This document shows, piece after piece, positions 13,554 through 25,226 of a stretch of 40,236 bases of DNA (the first letter of the stretch is position 1; each line of letters opens with the position of its first letter). The position numbers were made by a program, and so were the translations under genes. The stretch lies in NCBI GenBank assembly GCA_964304625.1, contig OZ199839.1, positions 9,706,814-9,747,049 on the forward strand, read 5' to 3'. This DNA comes from Kudoa neothunni. Lineage: Eukaryota; Animalia; Cnidaria. The notes under the pieces were generated by a model. It was not told where the DNA came from and ran no database searches. It was given only the letters and a program-made list of their open reading frames with translations.

Positions 13554-16231
13554 CAGTAGACGACGGCTAGTGCACACTACCACTCGTGGGCACCTGTCAT
13601 GATTTAATGATTTACATCAGTGTTTCCCAGTATGTTTTCGATCACGTCCCACTTTTTCTTTATAAGAAGTTCCTCGCACCACATTTATCAAAGGTATTGA
13701 TTATTCCATTCAAAAAGCTTATAATTTTGATTCCGGTTTCATATTACATTAAAATATGAAAATAATTAATAAATACTTCAATTCTCATTTAAATTAAGAT
13801 TTATACGATCTGAATTAACTTAATTTATCGATAGATATTAAAAATTAACATTGTTAGTTCTTTATTCCATCAAAATCAGCGTAAAGTGGAACTCATTGTA
13901 ATCTTGTTCGCATTAAACAAGACTTCCATGTATACGTGTATTATAAAACCAAAATAAATATTCTAAATATAAAATAAATCAATATTATCACTGAAACAAG
14001 TTTGGGATAAATACTAATACGATTCTATTTGGATCAGGACCAAATAGAATGTTATTATATATACGTATGTAATTAATCACTAATGTTGGAATTGTTTTTT
14101 GATATTAGTAATAACTTAAAAATAAACGAGATCAAAAATCGAAGTATTGATTTCAATGTGCCCAAATTATCCAATTTTCTCATCATTATCCATTCTATAT
14201 AAATGCTTGGGAATTTCCACATCCTATCAGAGACATTCACTAAACGTTCAAGAATTTATATGTCCTACCAAAATTCTTCCATGTCCCAACGGTGGGACTT
14301 CGTCCCCATTTTGGGAAACACTACATTAAGGTTTGTTGAATTAATCTTAATGGTTTAATTTAGATAGAGGTTCAATTATTTTATAAATAATGTAAAAGAG
14401 TTCCATTTCAAAAAATCTTTGAGGACCATTTCTATAGAAGATTTTCTGATGGATAATGCTGATAATTTTAGATTGTGGTTTTTAGTTCGGCATGCAAGCT
14501 GATGTGTTGTAAATAGCTTCAATTTTAATAACTAATTTCAATGTTCAGTGTACTCTCTCAAAATGTTCGCTTCATATTAATATTTTTTGAATAGTTTCAG
14601 TAAAGTATTAAATAACTAAAAATTAAAAAACGTATAAAATCACACCTCTTTATATCATGGAATACGTGAGTAGTTAGGTATCTAAAATTTAATAAATAGA
14701 AAAATTAATCTGCATCTGTTTCTGAATTGTATTTAAAGAAATTATCGCGTGTACCAAAAAAACGAAAGATTGAATGAATATTGCCTGATTAGAAAAATTT
14801 TTGACCGTTTCAGATCACAACGCGAGGTAAGTTTGTTACCCTATCCCATCATGATATATTCTACGTTGCTCGTAAAACAAAATAATGTAACTTAACTCAA
14901 TATAATATTTATATTATCTCAATATATCTTGAGTCCACAAATTAAATAATATTCTCCATCTCAAGGGTATCCTACTCGGCATGGGCCCGTGTTTTCCTGC
15001 TTCGTCCAGACTAGCCATTAAATTTTTCATGGCCCGCACAAAATCTGCCATAATCCATATGTTGGTCATATGGTCCTTTGTTGGGAACACACTGACTTAC
15101 ATAATACTGTTACTAATTAAAATCAATCCAATAAAAGCATAACAATTATAATTAATTATTAAAGTCTTAGTTTTTGTTTTAATTCGCTGTAAATAAGAAT
15201 TAGCTCAAATTTACCATTCGTGGACGCCTAAAGAGAACCAAATATCTTCTTTCATTGAAAGACAAAATGGATATAATGGCATATTATGAATGAATATCGA
15301 ATGAAAAAATAGAAAAACTAAAATTCCGAATTATTCTAACATAAAATCTTTATTCGCTTTATATAGAATTTTCGGTAATAAAGAATCCATTATGAAAGTC
15401 TCAAAATGGAAGGAAATTTGCAAATAACCACAAAAAATTTAAAAAATTTATTATTCATATGAATATGCGCTTATTTTTTTGAACACAATGAACAATTTTT
15501 AGCTGAAAACAAAATTATCAAATGTTATCTACGGTCATAGATCTCGAAACGACGATTTACGATTCAAGGAAGTCAGAGCTTTACCAGTAAAATATTAATA
15601 CCTTTTCAAAGCAAAATCCAACTAATAAGTATGATAAAAATTTTTAGTTATATTTTATTGAGTATGATGATTAATTTTATGAAATTTATGCATATCAATA
15701 TATATATTAAATTTATCTTGATTAATAACTCTTACTCCTACTTCTCTTGAGCACAAAAAATAATTTATTTGTTACGTAACGCTTCCTTAAGATGTAATAA
15801 TTCTTTAAGAAAGTTTTCTGCATGTTTTTATTGAAAATCGTCCCAACCTTACTTTGAATATAACAAAATAATGTTCATTATAATAAAATTGGATCTATGA
15901 TCTGAATTTATTTATTTATCTTTTAATTTTTATTGGCAGATATCGATATTATCATTATGTTGTCTAAATGGTTTGTTTCTACAAATTAAGGTCAAGGATC
16001 GACTAGATTAATCGCATTTAACCTTTTCATCATTGTTATAAAGAAATTTGTTTTCATTAATATACTTTTGAAAATAAATGCAAAAAAGTGATAAGAGATT
16101 GTAAATTGAAAGAGCCCACATTATAATTTTGCTTTGTTCACGTGCATTATGAGGGCTCGAGGGTACTTGACGGGTCGTGGGCACCTCGAACCCAATTCCC
16201 ATTTTTATTGCCCACGACCCGTCACCTACTA
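13554..16231 (+). mobile_element. Non-autonomous TA-flanked TIR element, both ends present, with a hAT insertion
   Basis: ta|cagtagacgacgg at 13552 and ccgtcacctacta|ta at 16219-16233. Internal sequence is homologous to the inverted copy at 1312-2076. Confidence 0.7.
13618..15094. mobile_element. Non-autonomous hAT (Charlie-like) insertion, probably composite
   Basis: TIRs cagtgtttccca / tgggaacacactg. TSD atttacat (13610-13617) / acttacat (15095-15102). It interrupts the homology to 1312-2076 exactly. An extra internal right end tgggaaacacta sits at 14312-14323. Confidence 0.8.
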
Positions 16232-17299
16232 TATACAGAAGATAGTAGATTATGTAAACTATTCTAAAACTTTTAAATTTCTCAAAAAGTCGAGTATGTG
16301 GGGATATTAGAGAAGATATCAAGTTATAAAATCGGTTTTCTAATGGCGCATATAACCGAAAATAAAGAAAAAGAACAGAGCGTCACACAAATGTTGACAA
16401 TAAGGCTGGTGCCATACGTTGATTAAGGAAATATTTTATCAATTTTATCTTCATGTCAGCATTTTTTCTTTATTCTATGTTGGAAAAATATTTTTCTATG
16501 CGAACAAATACAGGTGATTATTTACGTGATATAAAAATCTAATCACAATGGGCGAACGAATGACTTTATTGATATTATCATTTCATTTGATCATTGTAAA
16601 TGGTCGAAATTCGCGATTCTTAACCTGTTTAGATTTATAAAATCCTGTAGAGTTCCTAAATAAATCTTGAGATATTTTGGTTTCTACAATTTGTCTTTTA
16701 ATTTATAACATAATTTTTAAATTTATTTTAAACAAATAAAAACATTATTTAATAATAGAGTTGAGATAAAAAATAGACTAATCAAAATAACGAATCGACA
16801 TCTAAAAATATTTAGTATCAGTGAGATTTCTTTTGCTTTTATAGACTAATTCTGTAACCCTCGACATCACATCGTCTAGCTAAGTGATACTCGCATACCC
16901 ATCTTCAATGGAATGTTCGTTATATCTCTTACGTTTGATGTTGATTAATATCGATATATATTACTCTAAAATGAAACTTAAAAAATGTATAGACATTTCC
17001 AGAGCCTTTTTAGGAATAATAGGGCATCGTACGATTGAATGGCATCAAATTGTTGATAGCGATGTTTCTTTGAATAATTTTCATTGCAGCCGACTTTCTA
17101 TAAGTCAATTATTTGTTCAATCTCTTTAATATTATAAGACTTTTTGTTAAGGGATCAAAATTCAATTATTTTGTCAACCAATATGGATATAAATTGCGAC
17201 AGTGATTGCCTATCGCGCGATTTCGAAAGTTCATCTAGCTAGCTCTAATAAAATTGTTTATTACTCACATCTAACATAATTACCTATTCAGTTCTTAAA

Positions 17300-18600
17300 T
17301 CCTCATAAGCTTTAAATATTTCGTTCAAAAGTGGTAAGTTTTTGTAGTCATTAATCATTACTCAACGCAACCTTAACAATAATATTGAAGTGCTTTAGAC
17401 TCTCAATAACCTCGACTATGTTAATTCCGCTTCCCTGCATCTGAGAACTAAGGCGGTCGAGAGAATCAAAAATATCAGTAACGAACGACTTAATAGGATA
17501 AATGTTATCTTTTACAAATATTTTGTATAAAATGATGACGTTCCTTCAAGAAAACAGGAAGCTTCATTCGCATTTCAAAAAATCGATTTAACATTTTTCT
17601 GCGAGAACCTCACTGTAAATTAGAATGATATAAAAGTATTTCCAATTTAGGTCTCACAATACACAATTCATTAACAATACGCTGATTTAAAGCATTCTAC
17701 GCCCATAGTTAACAAAATTTAATCGCGAATTGTAACGAATCTGCCAATTGTTGAGGTATATTTTTTCCAGTTTATACCTATGTAGAATAATATGAGTAAC
17801 AATAAAATAAAATGATCTCATTTTTTCCAAATGCTTCAAAACCAGAATTTTCGTTGTAGTACAGATGATGCTCTGTTTGTGCTAATAGATGAAGCCGTAT
17901 CTTACGAACGATTGATAGCCTCCAAAAAATATCTACAAGTTTTATTATATAGACTGTTTTAGTATTTTGTATTCAATGGCCTTCAAATAAAAAATTTTTA
18001 AAGGATCACATCATTTTTTTTAAATGACGGACGAACACAACTAGGTAGCTTTGGTTTGATACATCGGTCGTCTTGTCCATTTGAAAACTATATTTTATTG
18101 CATTTGCAATAGTATCAGAAACTCTTTGACACAAATGTCTTGAAATATTTTGTCTAATCTTTTTGTGACGATTTATTTGGAATAAGAAATTCATATAAAA
18201 TATTTTTGGTGGCTTCCCTCATCTGATGTTTGTTTTCTTCAACTCGGCAGGTTTCACAAGTGTTTTGAAAACATAATACGGATTCTCTGCCTTTCAATTA
18301 TGTTTTAAATTTCATATATTTCAGATAATATAGATTTTCCAATATTGGAAATCTAAATCTCGATAAAGCGCGCCTTTTTTTCAAATATAACTCGTTTTTT
18401 AGTACACGATAAATATCATAATCCTGCAAAATTGAATATTCGCTCACGTTTATATATTCTTTTAGTTTCCAGACATCTGCCTTGAAATACTATGTTTTGA
18501 ATCCTAAAACATGTATTGTGGATGTGTAATACCGTCACATTATGATGTGGAGGTGAATCCATATTTTATTTATTTATTCGTCTAATCTTTTCCTTTTGTT
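17300..18600 (-). pseudogene. Decayed hAT (Buster/Charlie; ZBED5/SCAND3-like) transposase
   Basis: ORF 18006-18194 contains YSFQMDKTTDVSNQSYLVVFVRH (cf. FSLQLDESTDV...LLVFVRY). Further minus-strand fragments are IVTHIILHRYK and LTDIFDSLDRLSSQMQG. Boundaries are approximate. Confidence 0.75.
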
Positions 18601-19520
18601 ATTTCAAATTTTATAAGATATATTAAAGCCAAGGATAGTATCATGTCAAAAACAAACAATATAGCATGAATGGTTTGTATGAATTGACCCTTTCTATTTA
18701 ACAAGAATGCGGGGGATTAGAAAAGTGAGAAAAGATGAGAATTTATCGGACGTGATCAGTACAAATTTATTGTAAAATTCAAATGCTTTTACAATTACAA
18801 AATTCTTAGATTAAATTTATGTTTATGATTTAGAAAAACATTATATTCCCAATCTCTTCATTAAGGTTCCATTGTAGTTTAGTTTTACCGAATTTTTGAA
18901 AATTAAAACTCATGGATTATGAGATTAAAATCCAAAAAATTAGTACTCAGTTACGAGACACAAGCTAATGCTATATTTAAAACACATAGATAATATAAGT
19001 TTCAAAAAACTATTAAGAGTTAATTTCTTATTACAACTGCTAAAAATTGCCTCATTTTAAAAAATAATCAGTAATTATTGGTTGAGAAACCTTAAATTAC
19101 GAAGAATCGAGTTACGAATTATTGGCATCTAAATATGGTTAAATTATTAACTCCAACTATTTATCACGTATTTATTAATATTTTTTGTCTTAAAAATTAT
19201 TCGTTCGCAAAATTAATGTTTACTAATATAATTTTTTATTACTTCAACAATTATTCGGGAATTTCAACTTTACGGAATCAGTTCAAAAGAATAGTTACAT
19301 TGGAAAATATTGAAGGAGTAAATAACATAAAATATAGAACGCTTCATCGTATAGGTATGAAATTTTTGAAAAATATGTTTTTTACCTTAAATTTAACCCA
19401 GTCACTTTGGAGATGTTTGGCAAATTTTGGTTTTAGGAATGATATATTTATTGTAATAAAAATTCAAAATTTATGAAAAATACATTAAACAATTTAACTG
19501 ATCGAAACTTCCGATGTATA

Positions 19521-21854
19521 TGTTACAGGCAATGTATAGAATGCCTAGGCAAAGTGTAAAATACATGCGTTCTTACATACTCTACCTAGGCATTCTATAC
19601 AATGACTAGTTCTACTTCAGGCGATGTATAAAAAATTAATTCCCACCCAAAAGATGTTCGAGTCGTCATTTTCACGTGATAATAGTCCTTGGGATTAGGT
19701 GACGCTACGTAAGCTTGTGCTCACTGCTGTGTGTTTGCAAAAAATGACCGGAGAAAATTCAAATGTAGCATTTGAAAAAGAATCTTGTTTGATTGAAATG
19801 GGAGAACTTTTCCTTACAGAGCTATCAAAAATGCGAACCTACTGGTGCTAAAAATTGTGTTTTCCTTACCGACGCCAGTTATTTCCTTACCGACGCCAGT
19901 TATGAACGACTAGTGAATAATGTGATAAGAGCAAAGTTAACAACAAAGAAAGCACCACGGGATTATTGGCTTCTGAAAACGCTACGATGTGATGACGATA
20001 GAAAAAAAAGCAAGTTGTTCTATCCTGTCAACGAAAGGGTCCGTTCTATTCAGTTTTACGTCAGTGATTCTGAATTATTTGATGTTATTCATGACGCTCA
20101 TGTAGCTATTGGACATGGAGGACGAGATAGAATATTAAAGGAGCTTCGACCAAAATTTAAAAACATTACCCGTCGTGATATTGAATTGTACATTCAATTT
20201 TGCCAGGCATGCCAGAAGAAACAAAAAGGCATGAAGAAAGGCATTGTAATGAAACCGATGGTATTTTCAGATTTCAATTCCCGCTGTCAGGTGGATCTAA
20301 TTGATTTCCAATCCCATCCTGATAAAGAATACAAATTTATAATGGTATATCAAGATCATCTTACTAAGTTTGTTGTTTTACGGGCTATTAATTCAAAAAC
20401 AGCTGAAGAAGTAGCGTTTAATTTAATAGACATATTCACATTACTGGGAGTTCCATCGGTATTGCAGTCAGATAACGGTCGAGAATTTGCCAATAAGGTA
20501 ATCACAAACCTGAAGAAATACTGGCCGACATTGAAGATTGTTCATGGAAAGCCGCGACATTCTCAAATTCAGGGTATTGTTGAGCTAGCTAACCAAGATA
20601 TCGAAAACATGTTTACTACTAGGATGCAAGACGAAAAAACCAACAAATGGAGTGAAGGAATACGTTTCGTCAAACCTATGAAAAATAGAGCTTTCCATTC
20701 CGGGATTCAAAGAACACCTTACGAAGCTCACTTTGGCTGCAAAGTTAAAGTTGGTCTCACTACGTCTTCCATACCTCAAGATGTTTTAGTCGGTATACAC
20801 ACTAAAGAAGAATTAGAAATAATGATTGAAAATATGCACACAATAGAGCTAGAAGATGTGAACCATGTGACCGAAGAAATGAGCGTTACTCCACAGAACC
20901 CTGTTGAGATTTCTGAATACGAAATGGAAAAAACAATGCTACAATGAAGAGATGTGTACTCAAGAATCTGAAAATTCTTCCGTGTGTTGTGTGTGCTTAA
21001 AAGCAAGTACTGGTGCACATACTTGCATTAAGTGTGGCCGAAGCGTCCATATAATCTGTGGGGAAACTCTAAAAGACGACAATGGTGAAACAATTGAAGG
21101 TTATGATGTTGGTATCTGCTGCACTATTTGTTTTAACATTGAAAATGCGGAAAAACATAAGAAGCTGTCTATGTTGAGCCTAGAGATTCAAGCAAAAAAA
21201 AATGAAAATGACTTCGGACAAAAATTTTTCTCCTGCATCTTTGGGCGATACTGTGCGCATTCCTATTCCTGATGTGGACAAGGGATGTGGTGACCCGCGA
21301 AATGTGTTAGCGGTGGTAATGGACCTTACGGAAGATGGTTTTTACCGACTTGGAACTAATTAAGGAAGATTAAAGCAGCTATACGCAAGATCACAATTTA
21401 GCATTTGTCAAAAGCGATTTAAAAATTGTTGATGTCCCTGACCACGAAATACCTCTTCGCTCTGCTGCTACTTCTCAATCTACAGGAAGTGGTCAAGGAT
21501 TTTTAAGGTGTGTGTGTGTAAAACTAAGTGCCAAAATAACAAATGCCTTTGCCTCAAGAAGAATTTAGAATGCAATTCAAAATGCCATTCTAGTCTTCCT
21601 TGTAATAAATAATGTTATTGTTGTGCATCGTTTGTGATTTTTCTGAAGGTTAATTTCGATTTCTTTTTGCGCTTCATTTTTTATTATTAACCATTTTTGA
21701 CGAATATCTTTTTAAATTTGCATATTTGCACATTGTCTGAAGTAGAACTAGTCATTGTATAGAATGCCAAGGTAGAGTATGTAAGAACGCATGTATTATA
21801 CGCATTGCCTAGGCATTCTATATATTGCCTGAATTTCATACATTGCCGGTAACA
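19521..21854 (+). mobile_element. Ginger-type DNA transposon (Gypsy-like integrase with TIRs)
   Basis: TGTTAC...GTAACA termini, ~105-125-bp TIRs (19521-19628 / 21728-21854), 4-bp TSD tata (19517-19520 / 21855-21858). Integrase inside, with no RT or gag. Confidence 0.9.
19744..21612 (+). pseudogene. KRBA2/SCAND3-like integrase-type transposase, frameshifted; core ORF 19793-20947
   Basis: HHCC finger (HVAIGHGGRDR...CQAC) and DDE triad (QVDLID, QSDNGREF, GIVELAN). Followed by a Cys-rich finger, GDTVRIPIPDVDKG, and a GQGF..C.C...CNSKCHSSLPCNK tail in shifted frames with a TAA at 21361. Confidence 0.9.
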
Positions 21855-22145
21855 TATATATTTTCTTTACAACATATTTTCTTTGAAAAAATAAAATAAA
21901 ACAGTGGAATCTCTGCAGGATAATATTAATAAATCCTCTATCCAGAAATACAAGAGTGGACAACAATAATATGGTTTCGATGTCTAGCATTCGACAATAA
22001 TCTTATTTGAAAAGTTATTATATTTTATGATCCCAATTTAAAAAATGACTCTAACCAAATAAAATATGATGTGTGCTGCGACTTGAAAAATTGGTAATAA
22101 TCATTGTGAGAAGAATAAAAATATTTCCCCAAAATTTCTTATTAA

Positions 22146-24493
22146 TCCATTCGTGCCAGATGTCCCGGTGCAGGGGACAGCAACTTGTCTCTAATTCTGA
22201 AACTTACTTAAGCGAAATTTTGTAATGTGATAAATATCGGTATAATATATAAAGTAGTTGCTTTTATTAACAGATTTCACAATTATTACTAAACATTATA
22301 ATCATTAAATTAGGCATTTAATTTAGAAATTCCATACCACTGTAGCATTCAAAAGAATTTGAACGTAACATTTAGACTTTTCATGATTTACAAAAATAAA
22401 AATTTGACGTTATGTAAATAATCAATTTCATTAAATAGATAGATTTACAAACGAATCAGGCGCATGATTTTTGAAATAACACAATGTTTAACACGTGTCC
22501 GTATACCGGACATCCGGCATTCATGGACTGGATTTGGATACACCACAATGGATAATGACATTCGGATTAAAAATGATGAAAATGAAAACGAACTATCAGA
22601 AACCATCGTTCTACCTGATGATGACATATCTGAATCAGACACGAATTTTGATGACAATCCAGTGATTATATCATCAAATATGAAAAGAGAAAAATGCGTG
22701 TCATCAAATGATTCCGACAATGAAATTAATTCAGAAATAAAATTTAAAAAATCCTTGAGCAACATAGGTTTGCCACAGGAATCATCCAATGATAATGATC
22801 ATTTTGAAAATCTAAGTGGGTTAATTTATCCCATAGATTATTTTAATAGATTATTCGATAATAAACCGCTTGAATTGATTGTTGTCGAATCAAATCGATA
22901 CACAATCCAGAATAATTCAAACTTTAGAACCTCTATTCCAGAAATCAAAAGCTACCTTGGAGTTCTGATCTTGTGGGGATTGTTCGAATGCCCCGTTACA
23001 GATGTTATTGGTCTAAATAATTTAATTATTCCCCCATTTCTGATGTCTTTTCGAGAGATAGATTCGAGCAGATATAAAAATATTTACATTTTAACGACAA
23101 CGCAAATATTACAAATGATCAATCTTCTCGATGCTTCGATCGATTTGCATAAATTCGACCCTTTTTGGAATATTTGAGAATGTCGTTTTTAAAAATCAAT
23201 TCTGGAACTGTCAATTCGGTGGACGAACAGGTGATTCCATTCAAGGGTAAATGTAGAGAAAAATAATATATCCCAATTAAACCTACAAAATGGGTGTTTA
23301 AAGTCTTTGCATTATGTGGAAGAAATAGGATTGTTTTTAACTTTAGTTTTTATGACGACAGACCTCCTAAGGTCGTTGAGACTTGTGGCTTAAGTTCTGG
23401 AGATTATGTGATCAAGTTATGTGAGCATCTTCCTAGAAACTGAAATTTTCTAGTGTACTTTGATAATTGGTTTACGTCATTCAAGATGCAAATAATGTTG
23501 AAAAAAGAAGAATTTATTCTGTGGGAACCATCCGGAATAATCGAATTAAAGGATGTCCATTGCTTCCAAAAAAGTGTTAATGAAGGAAGAACGTGTTGCT
23601 TTTGATTTTGTCCAAAGTTCGAATAAAAGTTTAATGTTGACTCGATAGTACGATGGTTCAGTCGTGACGTTATCATTAACTCATTCTGCCATTGAACCTT
23701 TAACAAATTTTTTTAGATTTGATAAGCGCCAAAAGAAGCGAGTTAAAGTAAATAGTCCAGCTGCCGTATCAGAATACAACAAGAAAATGTGAAGTGTTGA
23801 CCTGTCTGACATGTTAATGTCACTTTATATGTTGAGTCACAAATGCAGAAAATTCTATATGCGAATTTTTTGGGGGTATCAATACAGCAATAACTAATTC
23901 ATGGTCGTTATTCGGATGACAGTGCAAAATGCGCAATACATCAAAAGCGGAAACTCTTGATCTGCTATCCCTTACATACTCATTTTGTGAATCACTGATA
24001 TAAAAATCAATTATCCAAACAAACTCATAAACGAGGCCGTCCAAATATGGATTTCACTCCAAACAGAACTAACGAAAACATAAAATTACCAAGGAAAAAT
24101 ACATTTCATTATCCGATCAAATAAGATTTGATAATATAGGTCACCTGTCTGAAGTATCTTCATTTCCAAGAAGATGTAAAATTTGCGGAAGAAAAACCCA
24201 AGTGGTATACTTGAAATGTGATGCTTCAAGGTGTCTTGTGAACGGTAGGAATTGTTTCTACATTTATCATAATATATAATTTATATTTTATTAATTATTT
24301 TTTGTTCTTTATGCGATTCCGTTCGAATTCTACCATGCGCACAAATTCCGGTCCACGGATTAACGTTTAATATCCCTTTTTATGAAATGTTAAAAAGTAT
24401 TTTTAGAAAATAAATATCGTTTTTATATTAAATTAACTTATTTAAATTTATATATTTTTTTCATCGATACATAAAAATTCAAGCGTGAAAGAA
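22146..24493 (+). mobile_element. piggyBac DNA transposon, decayed full-length copy
   Basis: TTAA at 22142-22145 and 24494-24497 with degenerate short TIRs (tccattcgtgc / gcgtgaaagaa). Subterminal tgtccc...gggaca palindrome. Transposase relic inside. Confidence 0.75.
22548..24279 (+). pseudogene. piggyBac (PGBD-like) transposase pseudogene
   Basis: Acidic N-terminus, then SVDEQVIPFKGKC...PIKPTKWVFK, VYFDNWFTSF, YNKKM*SVDLSDML and a C-terminal Cys-rich domain RRCKIC...KCDASRCL...RNCFYIYH. Many stops and frameshifts. Confidence 0.9.
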
Positions 24494-24879
24494 TTAAAGT
24501 AACGTTTGCTACCTGTGAAAATCACTTTCAGGAATAAAAAAATGAGTTCAATCGTTTATGTTTATGATCGGAGAAGCTATACTTTACTGGTAGCGTTGAA
24601 TTTTTTCTACGAGACTATTATGGTTAAAATAATTGTTTCTTATACCGATCTTCCGAATAAAAATAAAGTCAGGTGTAATTGACATTCGATAGCTTTTTAA
24701 AAAACCTTATCGGTATGTTTCTACACGATATTACTGTGTAGCAGATTTCGCATGTTTAAGGTAATATTCTTCCGAGAGAATCGGTAAACATTAAAATATA
24801 TACATAACATGTACAAACATCAAATACTTAAACCCCAAAATTGGCAAAAAAGCTGTTTTTGGCTATTGCTTGTATAAAC

Positions 24880-25226
24880 AAATGCATATTATGATAATAA
24901 TTAATTATTCATAATAAAGTTAACGCCGATTGTAATAGAATGAATGAACGAGGAATTAGTTAGGGTACATTCAATGGTCAACACCTTAATGCCACAGGCG
25001 GATTATGATTTCGAAATATTTATTAAATATCTACTTTATTTTGCTCAAGTGAAAAACGTATAAATGAAAAAACACCTCTATTAATAGGTATTGAAATTGT
25101 TAAAAACAGATAAATTTTATCATAAGAAATTAATGGATAATACTAGGTTGTAAGATAATATTTTGTATTTTCGGGTTTATATGGTTAATATCACTCGTTG
25201 AATTTATCAATTTCGGTAAAAAAATA
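24880..25226 (+). promoter_or_regulatory. Conserved upstream/promoter region of paralog 2
   Basis: Collinear with 3784-4139. Shares ttttcgg-N-ggttaatatcactc and cggt(g/a)aaaa(a)ataATG. Confidence 0.55.

Larger units (their letters stand above)
11014..16249 (-). mobile_element. Helitron-like element with helicase relic, carrying nested insertions
   Basis: a|ctag (11014-11017) plus adjacent GC hairpin (11025-11043) is the minus-strand 3' end. After removing nested elements the other end reads acacacacac...ctttatatatacagaagat, like 37329-37374. Degenerate PIF1-like motif remnants (G.M*VALARVK; QAKNNVYGNIL) lie on the minus strand at ~11655-11950. Confidence 0.6.

Noticed and set aside
16400-17270. 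Coding-like composition and ORF 16884-17129
   Set aside because: No family motif or ends recognised; likely TE debris.
19135-19476. 113-aa ORF upstream of Ginger
   Set aside because: Low-complexity F/I/K/N translation of AT-rich DNA, outside the TIR.
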